Assembly (NCBI GenBank): GCA_977017645.1
Contig: OZ360222.1
Coordinates: forward strand, 129,766,001-129,830,000
DNA from: Torpedo marmorata
Taxonomy: Eukaryota
DNA length: 64,000 nt
Reading direction: 5' to 3'
Below are positions 1 to 11,700 of this stretch, piece by piece. Below the pieces are notes generated by a model that ran no database searches, was not told the origin of the DNA, and saw only the letters and a list, made by a program, of their open reading frames with translations. The stretch's first letter is position 1. Every line of letters starts with the position of its first letter. The position numbers and the translations under genes are program-made.

Positions 1-310
1 GTGCTCTCCTCGTTTCTGATGCCCTGTGCCAGTTCTCTGCTCCCACGGAGTCTGCAACCCCTCGTGGTACGATGCCCAGCACAGGCGCCGCCATCTTGGG
101 CACAGACATCCATGGTTGCAGGATTTTTTTAAAAAACACCATCGGCTCCTTTAACAGGCCATTTAAAGCCTGCACGGCGCTGACAGCATCAGGACCAGGC
201 AGTAGGACACTGGGGAGCAGTGCTGTGTCTCTGCTCCCCGCTCTCCCGGGTCCGTACCAGCAGCAGCGATGCCATTACTACAGCTCCAGCAGCGCCATCA
301 TTTGTTTTTT
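1..310 (-). mobile_element. 5' part of non-coding retroposon 'element X' (runs off the window start)
   Basis: Reverse complement aligns by eye to 33159-33460, including gcgccgccatcttgg (reverse complement of CAAGATGGCGGCGC) and ggctcctttaac. Confidence 0.85.
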
Positions 311-349
311 ACAGATTTAGCAGATTTTTACAGTTTGTCTACAGATAAT

Positions 350-590
350 TAAGGTGAGGAGGTGGGATTTAGAAGGGACATGAGAAGACAGTTCTTCACG
401 TAGATGGTGGTGGGCATATGAAACAAGCTGCCAAACAAAGTGGTGTAAGCAAGTACATTAGCTTCGTTTAAGAAACACTTGGATAACAACACACATGGGG
501 AGGCTTGGAGTAGTACGAGGCTAAAGCGAGCAAGAGGGAATAAAGCAGGAAAACACGTCCGTCTGTGCTGTAAGATTCTATGACAATGAC
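350..590 (+). mobile_element. Degraded CR1 LINE 3' end
   Basis: Resembles CR1 C-terminus/3' UTR (ttcttcacgtagatggtggtg...tggataa...ctgtgctgtaagattctatgac); no ORF. Confidence 0.6.
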
Positions 591-1774
591 ACTATGAGAG
601 GCAGATTTTTAATAAGGATTATTTTAAGTTACTGATAGGCAGGATGCAGAAGTGAGGTCAGGCATGACCTTATTAGAAGAGTAGAGCAAGCTCAAGGGGC
701 CAAATGGCTCCTAGTCTTTGTTACTAAACATTACGAGCAATGTGTAACAGCCAAAATAAATTTTTTTTTCAAAACTGTCTATTATTTTTTAAAGAGGGTA
801 ATTTAAAATAAAAAAAAAAGATTGGTACAAACACATTTCCTTTCATATTATATGTATGGACAAACTTTCATCAGTGTCTCAAATTCAGGCCCAATGATCA
901 AAAGAGGATGATCAGAGAAATGAGGGGTATGAGCCAAATTCTCGTGACATTGGCTTTTCTCCTCCCTTGGTCACAATTTGCTTCTGCCACATCAAATCTA
1001 ACAAGGTGTGGCTGATGACCACCACACATGCGTTCCTTCCTCCCCCATGATGCATTTCACTGTGACAGTGCAAGGCTCCAATCAAAATCAAAGATCTGCC
1101 TATTTGCAACAATCAAAAAACCTTTTGTCAAATCTAATGTGCTCAGCTGCTGAATGCACAATAAAATGGTGTTAAAAAGGTTCAAAGATGTGTCTGACAT
1201 CATTAATCCACTTGCCCTCTGACCCAAGGATCTAAGCTGTAACTATGGTAACCACAGCTTGACCTGACAATGCTGAGAAACTTTTAAGCTTTGCCATTAT
1301 TTTTGAGTCACGCTGATAGTATGCAAAATGAAAGAACAAGAGAATAAAGTACCATCGTTGTCGCTGAAGATCAAAAGCTGTAAACCAAACAGATTTGTCG
1401 TCTTCCTTACTGAAGTACAAACCTGCAAAGGTCAACTCCTGCCATTTATAAAGCACCAGTTCACATTCAATCAAATATTAGTCAAAATGGCGAACAGTTA
1501 AAATAACCAAATTGAAAAGTATGTGGGCTTCTTCGTTCTTTCCATCCACAAGTTGGCAAAGTGTGAAAGGTGAAAGAAAAACAGGACAAATCAACACAAA
1601 GCATAATACTGCATCTCAAAAAATGAAAATTAAACATTTTTCGGATTATATTGTAATCTACAAGATTAAAACAATCAAGAGCAAATGAGGATCATTTTTA
1701 AAGCCATAATTCCTTTTTTAATTATTTTTTATTGTCCTGAGAAGAATTCAAAGTGAACTAATAATTGCCAAGGT

Positions 1775-1866
1775 AAACAAGAAGACTGCAGATGCTGGAA
1801 AACTGCAGCACATACAAACGACTGGAGGCCTGATCTGCTGAGTTCCTCCAGCAACTTGTGTGTTTC
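1775..1866. mobile_element. Tiny inverted Penelope-tail remnant
   Basis: ctgcagatgctggaa...ctggagg followed by ctgctgagttcctccagca, the same tail motif as at 28620-28656 and 62360-62400 in both orientations. Confidence 0.5.
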
Positions 1867-2234
1867 TCCAATATTTGCCAAGTCCATTGGCAATGGGAAG
1901 GAGGTACAGGGGAAGGCTAGAAAGTCCTCATTTGGGAGGGAGAAGATTTCTGCTTCACTGGTCTGCAAGGATCTTTGAAATATTAACAAACTCATCACAC
2001 AGACCTCAAGATGCAAGAACATTACATGCCACAAAAGAGAATGTCACTGAAAAGCATTTGAGGGAAGATGAAGTTGGATGAGTGGTGATGTGCAGGAGTT
2101 CTGGAGGGTGGTTTATTTTAAAATCCTGCGACCACGGGGGCTGGGCCCAAGATGGCGGCGCCTGTGTCCGGCAGCAGCCTTGAGGGGTTGTACACTTCAG
2201 GGAAGCAGAGGACTGGTGCAGGGCACCAGAAAAC

Positions 2235-2775
2235 ATAACATAACATAACATAACAATTACAGCACGGAAACAGGCCATTTGGCCCTTCTAGTCCGCACCG
2301 AACCAAACACTCCTCTCTAGTCCCACCTACCTGCACCCCGCCCATAACCCTCCACTTCCTTCTCATCCATATACCTGTCCAACTTTTCCTTAAATAATAA
2401 AATTGACTCTGCCGCCAATACTTTTCCCGGAAGCTCATTCCACACCGCTACCACTCTCTGAGTAAAGAAGTTCCCCCTCATGTTACTTCTAAACCTCTGC
2501 CCCTTAACTCTTAACTCATGTCCTCTTGTTTCAATCTCTCCTACTCTTAACGGAAATAGTCTATCCACATCCACTCTGTCTATCCCTTTCATAATCTTAA
2601 ATACCTCTATCAAATCCCCTCTCAACCTTCTACGCTCCAAAGAATAAAGACCCAATTTGCTCAATCTCTCCTTGTACTCTAGATGCTTAAACCCAGGTAA
2701 CATTCTGGTAAATCTTCTCTGCACTCTCTCCACTTTGTTGATATCCTTCCTATAATTTGGCGACCAGAACTGCAC
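2235..2775 (-). mobile_element. 5'-truncated CR1 LINE (young)
   Basis: ORF 2317-2832 contains the CR1 C-terminus VQFWSP..ERVQRRFTRM..LGLYSLERRRLRGDLIEVFKI..TRGH; (ATAAC)n tail at 2235-2256. Confidence 0.95.
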
Positions 2776-3182
2776 CAAAACGGAGAGAATATCCCCCCAT
2801 TTAAGAGGGAGAAGCAGAGAAGATGACCCCATGGGTAGGTGGCCACCACGGCGGACTAGTGAGGGGCTCTGTAGTTGAAGAACACATAGGCGGCGAGCTG
2901 TTGGTGACTCGAGGAGAGGAACCTATCCAGGCTGCGGGCTGCCTGCAAGAACCTACAAGGACCTACAAGATGGCGGTGCCCGTGATTGCAGCGGGCACTT
3001 CAGCTCCTGACAACGGTGAAATCCCAAACCCACTACATTGTGTCTATGATCAGGAAACTCTCGTCAAAATACAAAACACGAACCGGATTTTCAAATTAGC
3101 GGATCGGTAAGATTCTGTGCGGTTTAACCCTACTGAAGCAGGGAACACAGACTGCCACAAACCACGGAGCAGATCGCGGGAG

Positions 3183-3981
3183 CATGGGCGTATGGGGACT
3201 CTTTGGTTAAGGGGGGCAGAGGGGTTGATTTGCCCGAAATTTTAAACAGATTAGATAAAAACACAAGTACCAATTTCTAATAAAAAGTATTTTTATCAAT
3301 CAACGATACACAGTTAGCACAAATCACACAACATGCAACTTAAAAGAAATATTGTTTTCTGCCTTTCTTAGCAGCAAAAATATCAATTATTTAGTCAACA
3401 TTTTTGCCAACAGAGATGTTGGCATACTTTCGCCTGGGGGCTCGGTGAGAGCCCGGACCCCCCACCCCTAGCCCGGGGGCTCGGTGTGAGCCCGGACCCT
3501 CCCTCGCCCGGGGGCTCAGTGTGAGCACAGACCCCCCTCGCCCGGGGGCTCGGTGGGAGCCCGGATCCCCCTGCCCGGGGGCTCGACGCCACGGCCTCCC
3601 CCTTGGAGTCAGTCGAGGGCTACTCACTGCAAGACGGCGCCAGCCGCTCCATTACTCCACAATTCGCCGCAATAAACAGGCAGGGACAAACACGGGAAGA
3701 TGGTCGGACAGGATCTCCTGCCCCCCTCGATCCTTCAGAGAGCCGGCCTCGAAGTGGCTTTCCCGATGCACAGTCCTCGCCTCTTCGCCATTTTGCTTCT
3801 TTTACACATGCTTGACGGCCCGCCCACAAAATGGCCACCCATGTCAATCGGGTTAATTTGTTTATCTTTTTGCTTTGTCTGTCCGATTTTTTTTCTTCTG
3901 GTTTTGCCCGAATTTTCCCCACTGTTTTGTCCGAATTTGGGAGGGCAGTTGCCCCCTGCCCCCCTGGGTCGTACGCCCTTG
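3183..3981. mobile_element. Non-autonomous hAT element (799 bp) inserted in the LINE
   Basis: Perfect 8-bp TSD cgcgggag (3175-3182, 3982-3989); termini CATGGGCGTA / TACGCCCTTG; subterminal gcccgaa/gtccga motifs. Confidence 0.9.
3431..3585. repeat. GC-rich minisatellite inside the hAT element
   Basis: About 5 units of gcccgggggctcggtgtgagcccggaccc; most units carry a gggctc...gagccc hairpin. Confidence 0.85.
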
Positions 3982-6384
3982 CGCGGGAGACACATGGGAA
4001 GCCGTCGCAAGCACTGCTGTAGAAGGCAGACGCATGGAAAATAGGCTGGCATCAGGGTTAGACTGAGAGTTAACCCCTTCAGACCTGCACTCCCGACGAT
4101 CCTTCTCTCAAATGTAAGATCACTGGAGAAGAAAATGGATTACCTGAGGCTGCAGCTGAACCAGAGAGAACTGCAGGTCTGCTGTGCTCTGGTGATTACA
4201 AAAACGTGGCTCCAGGACACCATTCCAGACTCAGCAATCCAGCTGGATGGCCTTATCTCCTTCAGGGCAGACAGAGACGCTGCTGCTTCTGGCAAGACTC
4301 GAGGACGGGGACTGTGCATTTACATCAATGAGAACTGGTGCACAAATGTCTCTGTTGTGAAGACCTTCTGAAGATAGAGGACCTCCTGGTGAAATGCAGA
4401 CCCTTCTACCCGCCCAGGGAATTTTTAGCCACACTACTGCAGTCTACATTCTGCCTTCGGCTAATGAGGGTGAAGCCATGAAGGAGCTTTACAGTGCCAT
4501 CTGCGAATCCCAGGCTTCCCACCCTCACGGTGCCATGATTGTTGCTGGCGACTTCTATCACGCCATCCTGAAAACAGTCTTACCACGGGTTAAACAGCAT
4601 GTGAACTTTGCCACCAGAGGAGAGAACACCCTGGATCGGGTGTACACTAACGTCCCTGGTGCGAACAAGGTTGCACCTAGCCCCCACCTTGGTTAGTCGG
4701 ATCACATATCTGTCCTGCTACCCCCGGCGTTCAGACCGCTGGCAAAGCAAACGAGGTCAGTTCGCAGGGAGATCAGGACATGGCCGGGGGGGGGGGGGGG
4801 GGGGGGGAGGGGTGGGGGGGAGGGGAGGGCCACAGCAGCGCTGCAAGACTGCTTTGAGACCATGACTGGATCTGTTTCAGGGAGGCAGCCACCAACATCG
4901 GTCATGTAAGCATTGAGGAGTACACGAGTTCAGTGACTTGCTACATCCGAAAGTGCATTGAGGATGTCACCGAGATTAAATGCTTCACAACCAGGGATAA
5001 CCAGAAACCATGGTTGGATGCAGAGGTCCGGGCTCTTCTCAGAGCTCGTGATGCTGCCTTCAGGACAGAGGATAGAATGGTACTAAAATCAGCCAGGGCT
5101 GAACTCTCCTGTGCAATCCGGAAGGCAAAGCGTGGGTACACACAGAAGATCCACAGACAGCTGTGCGACACCGGCGACATGAGGCGCATATGGCAAGGGA
5201 TCAGACTATTACGGATCACAAGTCAACCTTGCGAATTAAGGACAATGACGCCTCCCTTCCGGACAGACTGAACGCCTTCTATGCACGGTTTGATGAGAAG
5301 AACAAGATGATGCCAAAGAAAGCTCCGTATCCTCCTGATGAACGGGCCCCCCACATAGCGCGGCCGAGGTGAGAAGGATCCTATCCAAGGTGAACCCACA
5401 CAAGGCGGCGGGACCAGACAACATACCTGGTTGGGTACTGAAGGACTGCACAGACCAATTGACGGAGGTCTTCACGGACATTTTTAACACCTCACTGCAG
5501 CAGTCCATAGTTCCCGCAGGGTTCAAGAAAGCCTCATATTCCAGGCTGCTGTTCATTGACTTCAGCTCAGCGTTTAATACGATCATTCCCCAGAGGCTGG
5601 TGGAGAAGCTGGCCTCATTGTGACTCAACGCCCCTCTCTGTAATTGTATTCTGACCACAGTCTGTCCGGGTCGGTAGCAGAATATCGAGCAACTTCACGT
5701 TGAGCACTGGCAGACCTCAAGGCTGTATGCTCAGCCCACTCCTGTTCACGCTACTGACAAATGACTGCATCGCCAGATCCAGCTCCAATAGTGTCTTCAA
5801 GTTTGCAGATGACACAACAGTAGTTGGCCTCATCAGCAACAACGATGAGTCGCACTACAGAGAAGAGGTGGAAAATCTCTTGAAATGGTGCGAGAGTAAC
5901 AACCTGAGTCTTAACGTGCACAAGACGAAGGAGATGATCATGGACTTCAGGAGGACAAGGAACAACCACCCTCCACTACACATCAACAACTCTGTAGTAG
6001 AGAGAGTGGACAGCACCAGGTTCCTTGGAGTTCACTTAACTAGTGACCTATCGTTGACATTCAACATCTCCTCATTTGTCAGGAAGGCGCAACAGCGACT
6101 GCACTTCCTGAGAAGACTGAAGCGGGCAAGGCTACCGGCCACCATTATGTCAACCTTCTGTCGGAGCTCTATCGAGAGCATCCTGGCCGGCTGCATTACA
6201 GTGTGGTACGCTTGCTGCAGAGAAATGGATCGGAGGTCAATCCACAGGACCATAAGAGTGGCAGAGAGGATCACTGGAATCTCCCTCCCCACCATCGATG
6301 TGATCTTCTAGGATCGTTGTCTGAAGAGGGCGTGCAAAATCATTGAGGACCCTTTCCACCCTGCACACAGTATCTTTCAGCTGC

Positions 6385-6672
6385 CAGTGCCAGATTTAGG
6401 CATAAGCTAAACAAGCAACAGCTTAGGGCCTCACAATCCGCAGGGGCCTCAAAAATATATTAATGTATGTTAAAACTATTAAAAAATTACATTTAAGTAT
6501 TGTTTCCACGCTATACTATATTATAATCTATGATAGAGATCAAGCCAACCAAATGATAAATATATAATCAGTAAATGCATTCATTTGAAAATAATTTGTA
6601 TTGTAATTTTTTAACAAGGGGCCTCCAAGCTTTATATAGCTTAGGGCCTCACCAAGTCTAAATCTGGCACTG
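6385..6672. mobile_element. hAT MITE (288 bp) inserted in the LINE 3' region
   Basis: 15-bp perfect TIR CAGTGCCAGATTTAG / CTAAATCTGGCACTG; 8-bp TSD tcagctgc (6377-6384, 6673-6680). Confidence 0.95.
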
Positions 6673-8179
6673 TCAGCTGCTCACGTCAGGGAAGAGATAC
6701 AGGAGTATCAGAGCCAGCACCACCAGGCTGAGGAACAGCTTCTTCCCACGGGCAGTGAGAATGCTGAACGATCAAAGGAACTGTTCACACTAACCATCCG
6801 AGACTCTCATTTGTACAAAACATCATTTATTTATTTATTTTTATAGATAAGATATTTGTCCTGCATATGTATTATTTGTCTGTATGTGTGACATATCTGG
6901 TTGTGTGTCTGCATGTTTTGCATCGAGGACCGGAGAACGCTGTTTTGTCGGGTTGTACTTGTACAATCAGATGACAATAAACTTGACTTGACTTGACTAC
7001 GGTCAAAGGACTCACACCAGGCTGTGGTCTACTAGAAACTAGCTGGAGACTGGCTGAAGGGGTACCTGGTATCGGAACTGGGATGTGAGATGGTGCCGAG
7101 GACGCTGAAGGCTTCCTGATTGTGTCGGAGATTTGGATCTGGAGCTCAGTTGCCGATGGTTTGGACTGAAGTCTATGTGGCTGCGGAGGCTGTAGGAGCA
7201 CTGGAGGTGAATCCACAGACACTCAGTGACTTTAGGGGGACTCCCTTTTGCTTCTCTTTCTCTAACTGTAAGGGGCGCCTGGCAATTTCTGCTGATAGCG
7301 AATCTTTGTCTGCCTTACGGCAGACTAAAGTAAATTTCATGTCATATTACACCTGCTTTTATTACATGACAATAAAGGAATCTTGAAAATAAAACATTAA
7401 ATTTAACACCAGGAACTACAATCCTAAAATTCAGTACAAGCTAAAACCACTTGAAATGATAATGCAGAGTAAATTTGTGAAATTGCATCCTGATTTTGTC
7501 CCTTATTTCTTAATGCTTGCTCTCACGTACAGTCCTTTGTGAAATCAAAAATAAATGTCAGAAGTCTATCCAGAAATAGCATAATTGTACAATTCTTTTC
7601 TCTTCCAGGTGTTATGTTTGGTAATTAAGTGCATGTTCCTGCAAGTTGCTGTAGCAGAGCTGCATGCATTGATAATGTATATACAACACTGCTGTATTTC
7701 CCAGAGAGCAACTTCCAATTCTCACTATGAACATCCTTCATGTTTAATTTCCTCTCCCTGTCCAGCTGCTGGAGCTCAGGGCAATCTGCCACTGAGCTGC
7801 TGGATTACTGCATTTCTAATTTTCTTCAGGGAAACAGAACTGGCTTTGAGATGGTGGCACTTCACATTAAGATGGTGCATGTCCTTAAACAGCAATCATT
7901 CACAGCAGACTTTGCTACTTTCAATGACCTGTCATCTAAACTAAATACTGTGATTCTATTACTCACACAATATCTACATTCTATTATTTTCATGCCATTC
8001 TCTTACCATCATTTGGTTGGCTTTTCTAAAATGAATTAAGGTATGTATTGTGGACCAGTTACATTACAATGTAATGCATCATTCATTGTCTGTTAAGAAG
8101 TGCCAGTCATTTGATAGAAACCAATATACTACACATCAAGATTCTGTGTTTAAACTACAACATTTAAGAAAGGCATTTT

Positions 8180-8960
8180 CATTAACTAGTACAGTGCCAC
8201 AGGGATTGCTCCTGGTGCCCAAGTTGTTCACAATCTATATTAATGATTGGAACAGTGCAAGGAGATGGCCTTGCATACATCTGGAATATTATGTGCAAGT
8301 CAAGTTTCCATATATAAGAAAGGATATATTTAAATTAAATTAAATTAAATGTTCACTAGATTGATTCCTAGGATTGCAGATATGTCATTTGAGGAGAGAT
8401 CACGTAAACTGGGCTTACACTTGACTGAATTCAGAAGAATGAGAGGTGTGAAATATTGGATCCAATAGGTTCAGCAATGATCTGATTGAATGGTTGAGCA
8501 GGTATGAGGCAGGCAAGTGACCTGTTCCTGTGTGTGTTCTAAACCTAAATAAAGCACAATTAGTTTTAAATGAGCTGGATGATAATGTAGTCCAGACTTT
8601 GATATGTCTGGGTATGTCTAGAGAACTGAGAGATAGTTGTCATCATGAAAGAATGCAAAGGCTGAATTATTTTCTCCCGAAAAGGAAAAGGTTAATGGCA
8701 AGTGGCTTCACAGGAAAGATGTGGAAAGTGGGTTAAGACAAAGGAACATAAAATTCAAAACAATCAATACATTTCATGGAGAATTCAAGAGAAAGTCGAC
8801 CCATTGAGTGGTGAGAATGTGAAACCTGTGATCACAAGTAGTAATTTAGGCAAACTGCATGGACACATTTAAAAGGACATTGGATAAAGCCTTGAGAGAG
8901 AAAAAGGAATGGAAGAACTCTTCAGGTGAGAGAATGAAAGGTGGGAGTAGGCACCTTTGA
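8180..8960 (+). mobile_element. Old degraded CR1-like fragments
   Basis: Residual motifs (TSTVPQG...LFTIYIND, LEYYVQ, RRMRG) and CR1-like 3' sequence; heavily deleted. Confidence 0.5.
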
Positions 8961-9861
8961 AGTATAAATGGATCATTTAGGGTGCCTGGTTTCTTTGCTG
9001 CAAACCCTGTTAACTGAATGGGAGAGCAGAGCATGATTCCATGCATCTTCCAGTTTCTACAATCAGATTTCTCCAAAGAGTTTATTAGGTTTTCCAAATC
9101 ATTATGATATGTTTCACTCCAGAATCACAGAAATGTATCTCTTGATTGATCCACATGCAGGTAGTAGTGTCCAAATGTCTGGACACGTATACTCCAAGTC
9201 AAGGACAGAATAACTGTGGTCTTTGCAATATAACAGAAGAAGTGAGAATGTTGAACAATTTAATATTACTTTGACTACTCCAAAGTCCTTCATTGGAACA
9301 TTCTTTCAGTGGTGAGTGCGACCCAGGAAAGTTGCAATGTTGCCTTTGTTCAACTTGCTCCAAATCAGTACAAGATTTCTTGACATTATGAATTCTATTT
9401 AAGTCTCAACATTACATTAAGCACTACTCCGCAGGAACCAGCACCTGCAATGCAAAAAGTGACTAATTAAAGCTACACTCTTAAAAAAGAATCGAGGCAC
9501 AGTATGTAATATTTTCACCCCTAACACTTGCATACAAATTAGCTTGATACAGGGGATGAAGAACTCATCTTGATCACTTTCAAAGTGTTCTCTTAGTGAG
9601 ATTAAATTAGGCATCTCATTCCAAGATGTTATTAAACCTACCTCTAAATGACATTTGCAAAGTGTGCTTAGAGTCCAAGCAATTTTCAGATGAAACTTAA
9701 ATTGTTTTCTAATTGGAGGCAGGGCTAGAACTACCGTATATTTCGGCGTATAAGTCGACCCTTGAAACCCTCAAAAATGTCTCAAAAAACGGGGGTCGAC
9801 TTATACGCCGGATATACTTTTGAGACCTTAAATTCAGCTCAAAATCGAGTTCACGCCGATC

Positions 9862-9945
9862 CGGCGTATAAGTCGACCCCTGAAAACACGATTCGGCGTA
9901 TAAGTCGACCCCTGAAAACACGATTCGGCGTATAAGTCGACCCTT
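9862..9945. repeat. 32-bp tandem repeat (~2.6 copies) containing the TIR inner motif
   Basis: cggcgtataagtcgacccctgaaaacacgatt units start at 9862, 9894 and 9926. Confidence 0.9.
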
Positions 9946-10013
9946 GAAAAACCAAAAAAAAACCCGACTGCAACAAATTTTCATTGACATTTTAATTGAA
10001 AACAACAAGACAT

Positions 10014-11351
10014 TTAGAACCCTTCAAAATCACTTTCGCTATCATCGTCTGAGGCAAAGATCTCGGCAAGCACATCCGGGGTCTCACTGTTTAAACAGTC
10101 ATCGTACGGGTCCCAGTCTGTATCTGATGAGGCGTCTTCAGCTTCGTCGTCAGTGTCCCACAATAAATCATCTTCCGTACCATCAATTGCACAAGAGATA
10201 CCGCACTTTTTAAATGATTTTATTATAGTCTCTACTTTCACTTTGTCCCATGCCTTGAGCACGAAGTCACACAGCACATCAAGCGATGCAGCACACATTG
10301 CCCCGCCTTTTGTAAATGATTTTTCTGCACTCGTCATCCATGTATTCCACTCTTCACGCACGTGGTCTTTGAATGGCTTGTTCAAGCAGACATCGAGAGG
10401 TTGCAATATAGACGTCAAACCACCCGGGATAACCGCCATGTGAGTATTATGTTGTGCTAATCTACTTTTAGTCTTCTCAGTTAAGTGGCTACGAAACATA
10501 TCCCAGACCAGCAAACTCCGTTCCTTGCGTAAACCGCCTGGCCGCCTGTTCCACACATTGTCTATCCATAGTTTTACACCATTTTCATCCATCCATCCTT
10601 TTTCATGAAAATGTACAAAAATACCTGCTGGGAAATTTATTTTAGGTTTAAGTTTGCGCTTGAAGATTACCATGGGTCTTAACTTTGTCCCGTCGGCCAT
10701 GCACGATAACGCCACAGTAAACCTGGTCCTTTCATGTCCTGTACTCCTGGTTTGCACAGTTTTCACACCTTTCCATTCCACTGTTCTATTGCCTATCATG
10801 TCAAAATTCATGGGGGTTTCGTCCATGTTTCCAATATTTGCCAATGCAAACTTGTGTTTCTTCCGGTTACGTAAAATAAACTGGTGAAAACTTACAAGTT
10901 TATGATCAAGATCTTTTGGTAGTTTCTGAGCAATTTTAGTTTTTTGTCGTAATACCAGATTTTTCCTGTTCATAAAACGGTTGCACCAGCCTACTGAAGC
11001 TTCAAAATCATTACTGAGTTCTGGGTGCGACTTTGCCCAGTTCAGTGCAAATGTTCTTATTTTATTTCGGGTGACTATGTAGCAATCTTGCCTCTGTTCA
11101 CATACCCATGCTGCTACATGATTTTCCAACTCTGGCCAACGAGTGATTCCTCTTCTCATGGAACATTGCCTTTTTGGTATTTTTCTTAAAGTATCTTCTT
11201 TCTTCCTCCAATCTCTTACCAACTTCTCATATATATCAAATTTTCTTGCAGCAGCACAGTTGTTGGTTTATTTGGCCATTTCTATTACTTTCAATTTAAA
11301 ACTCGCCTCATACTTTCGTCGTTTCAATTGAGCCTTCAATGGAGCCTCCAT
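10014..11351 (-). pseudogene. pogo/Passer transposase (Brinker-like DBD, CENP-B HTH, DDE_1, acidic tail), 445 codons with a single in-frame TAA at 11268-11270
   Basis: ATG at 11351 is in frame with the 402-aa ORF: MEAPLKAQLKRRKYEASFKLKVIEMAK*TNNCAAARKF...; catalytic NMDETP, LVWD and QPLD with 35 residues between the last two Asp. Confidence 0.9.
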
Positions 11352-11377
11352 GATAACAATCACCTCCAGCCAATGCC

Positions 11378-11700
11378 CAGCAGCTCAATGATCGCGATCA
11401 TTGTGGGTCGACCTATACGCCGGTCAACGGCCAGCAGCTCAATGATCGCGATCGTTGTGGGTCGATCTATACGCCAGTCAACGCCCAGCAGCTCAATGAT
11501 CTCGATCGTTGTGGGTCGATCTATACGCCAGTCAACGGCCAGCAGCTCAATCATCGCATTTTTTGAGGGTCGACCTATACGCCGGTCAACGCCCAGCAGC
11601 TCAATCATCGCGTTTTTTGAGGGTCGACTTATCCGCCGGTCAATGCGCAACATCTCAGGCATCGCGTTTTTTGGGGGTCGACTTATACGCCGGATATACC
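11378..11700. repeat. 54-bp tandem array (~6 copies) in the transposase 5' region, each containing the TIR inner motif
   Basis: cagcagctcaat starts at 11378, 11432, 11486, 11540 and 11594; each unit has gggtcga(c/t)(c/t)tatacgcc. Confidence 0.9.

Larger units (their letters stand above)
2960..6996 (+). mobile_element. Near full-length but disrupted Rex1/Babar-type LINE (APE endonuclease + RT)
   Basis: Starts at AAGATGGCGG; APE motifs (SNVRSL, TWL, GRGLCIY, AGDF, TLDRVY), RT motifs ([33 protein letters not shown]); tail gacaataaa(cttga)3; multiple stops and frameshifts. Confidence 0.9.
2119..7386 (+). mobile_element. Element X copy split into three pieces (2119-2234, 2776-~2950, ~6996-7386) by CR1 and Rex1/Babar insertions
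   Basis: The three pieces join colinearly with the uninterrupted copies at 26318-27082 and 33159-33967; ends in catgacaataaaggaatcttga. Confidence 0.85.

Noticed and set aside
3391-4066. Cluster of overlapping GC-rich ORFs
   Set aside because: They fall within the hAT element and its minisatellite; stop-poor GC-rich sequence with no recognisable domain.
10014-11222. Domesticated POGK-like host gene
   Set aside because: Flanked by TIRs and TA duplications, has a premature stop, and no KRAB exon is evident.
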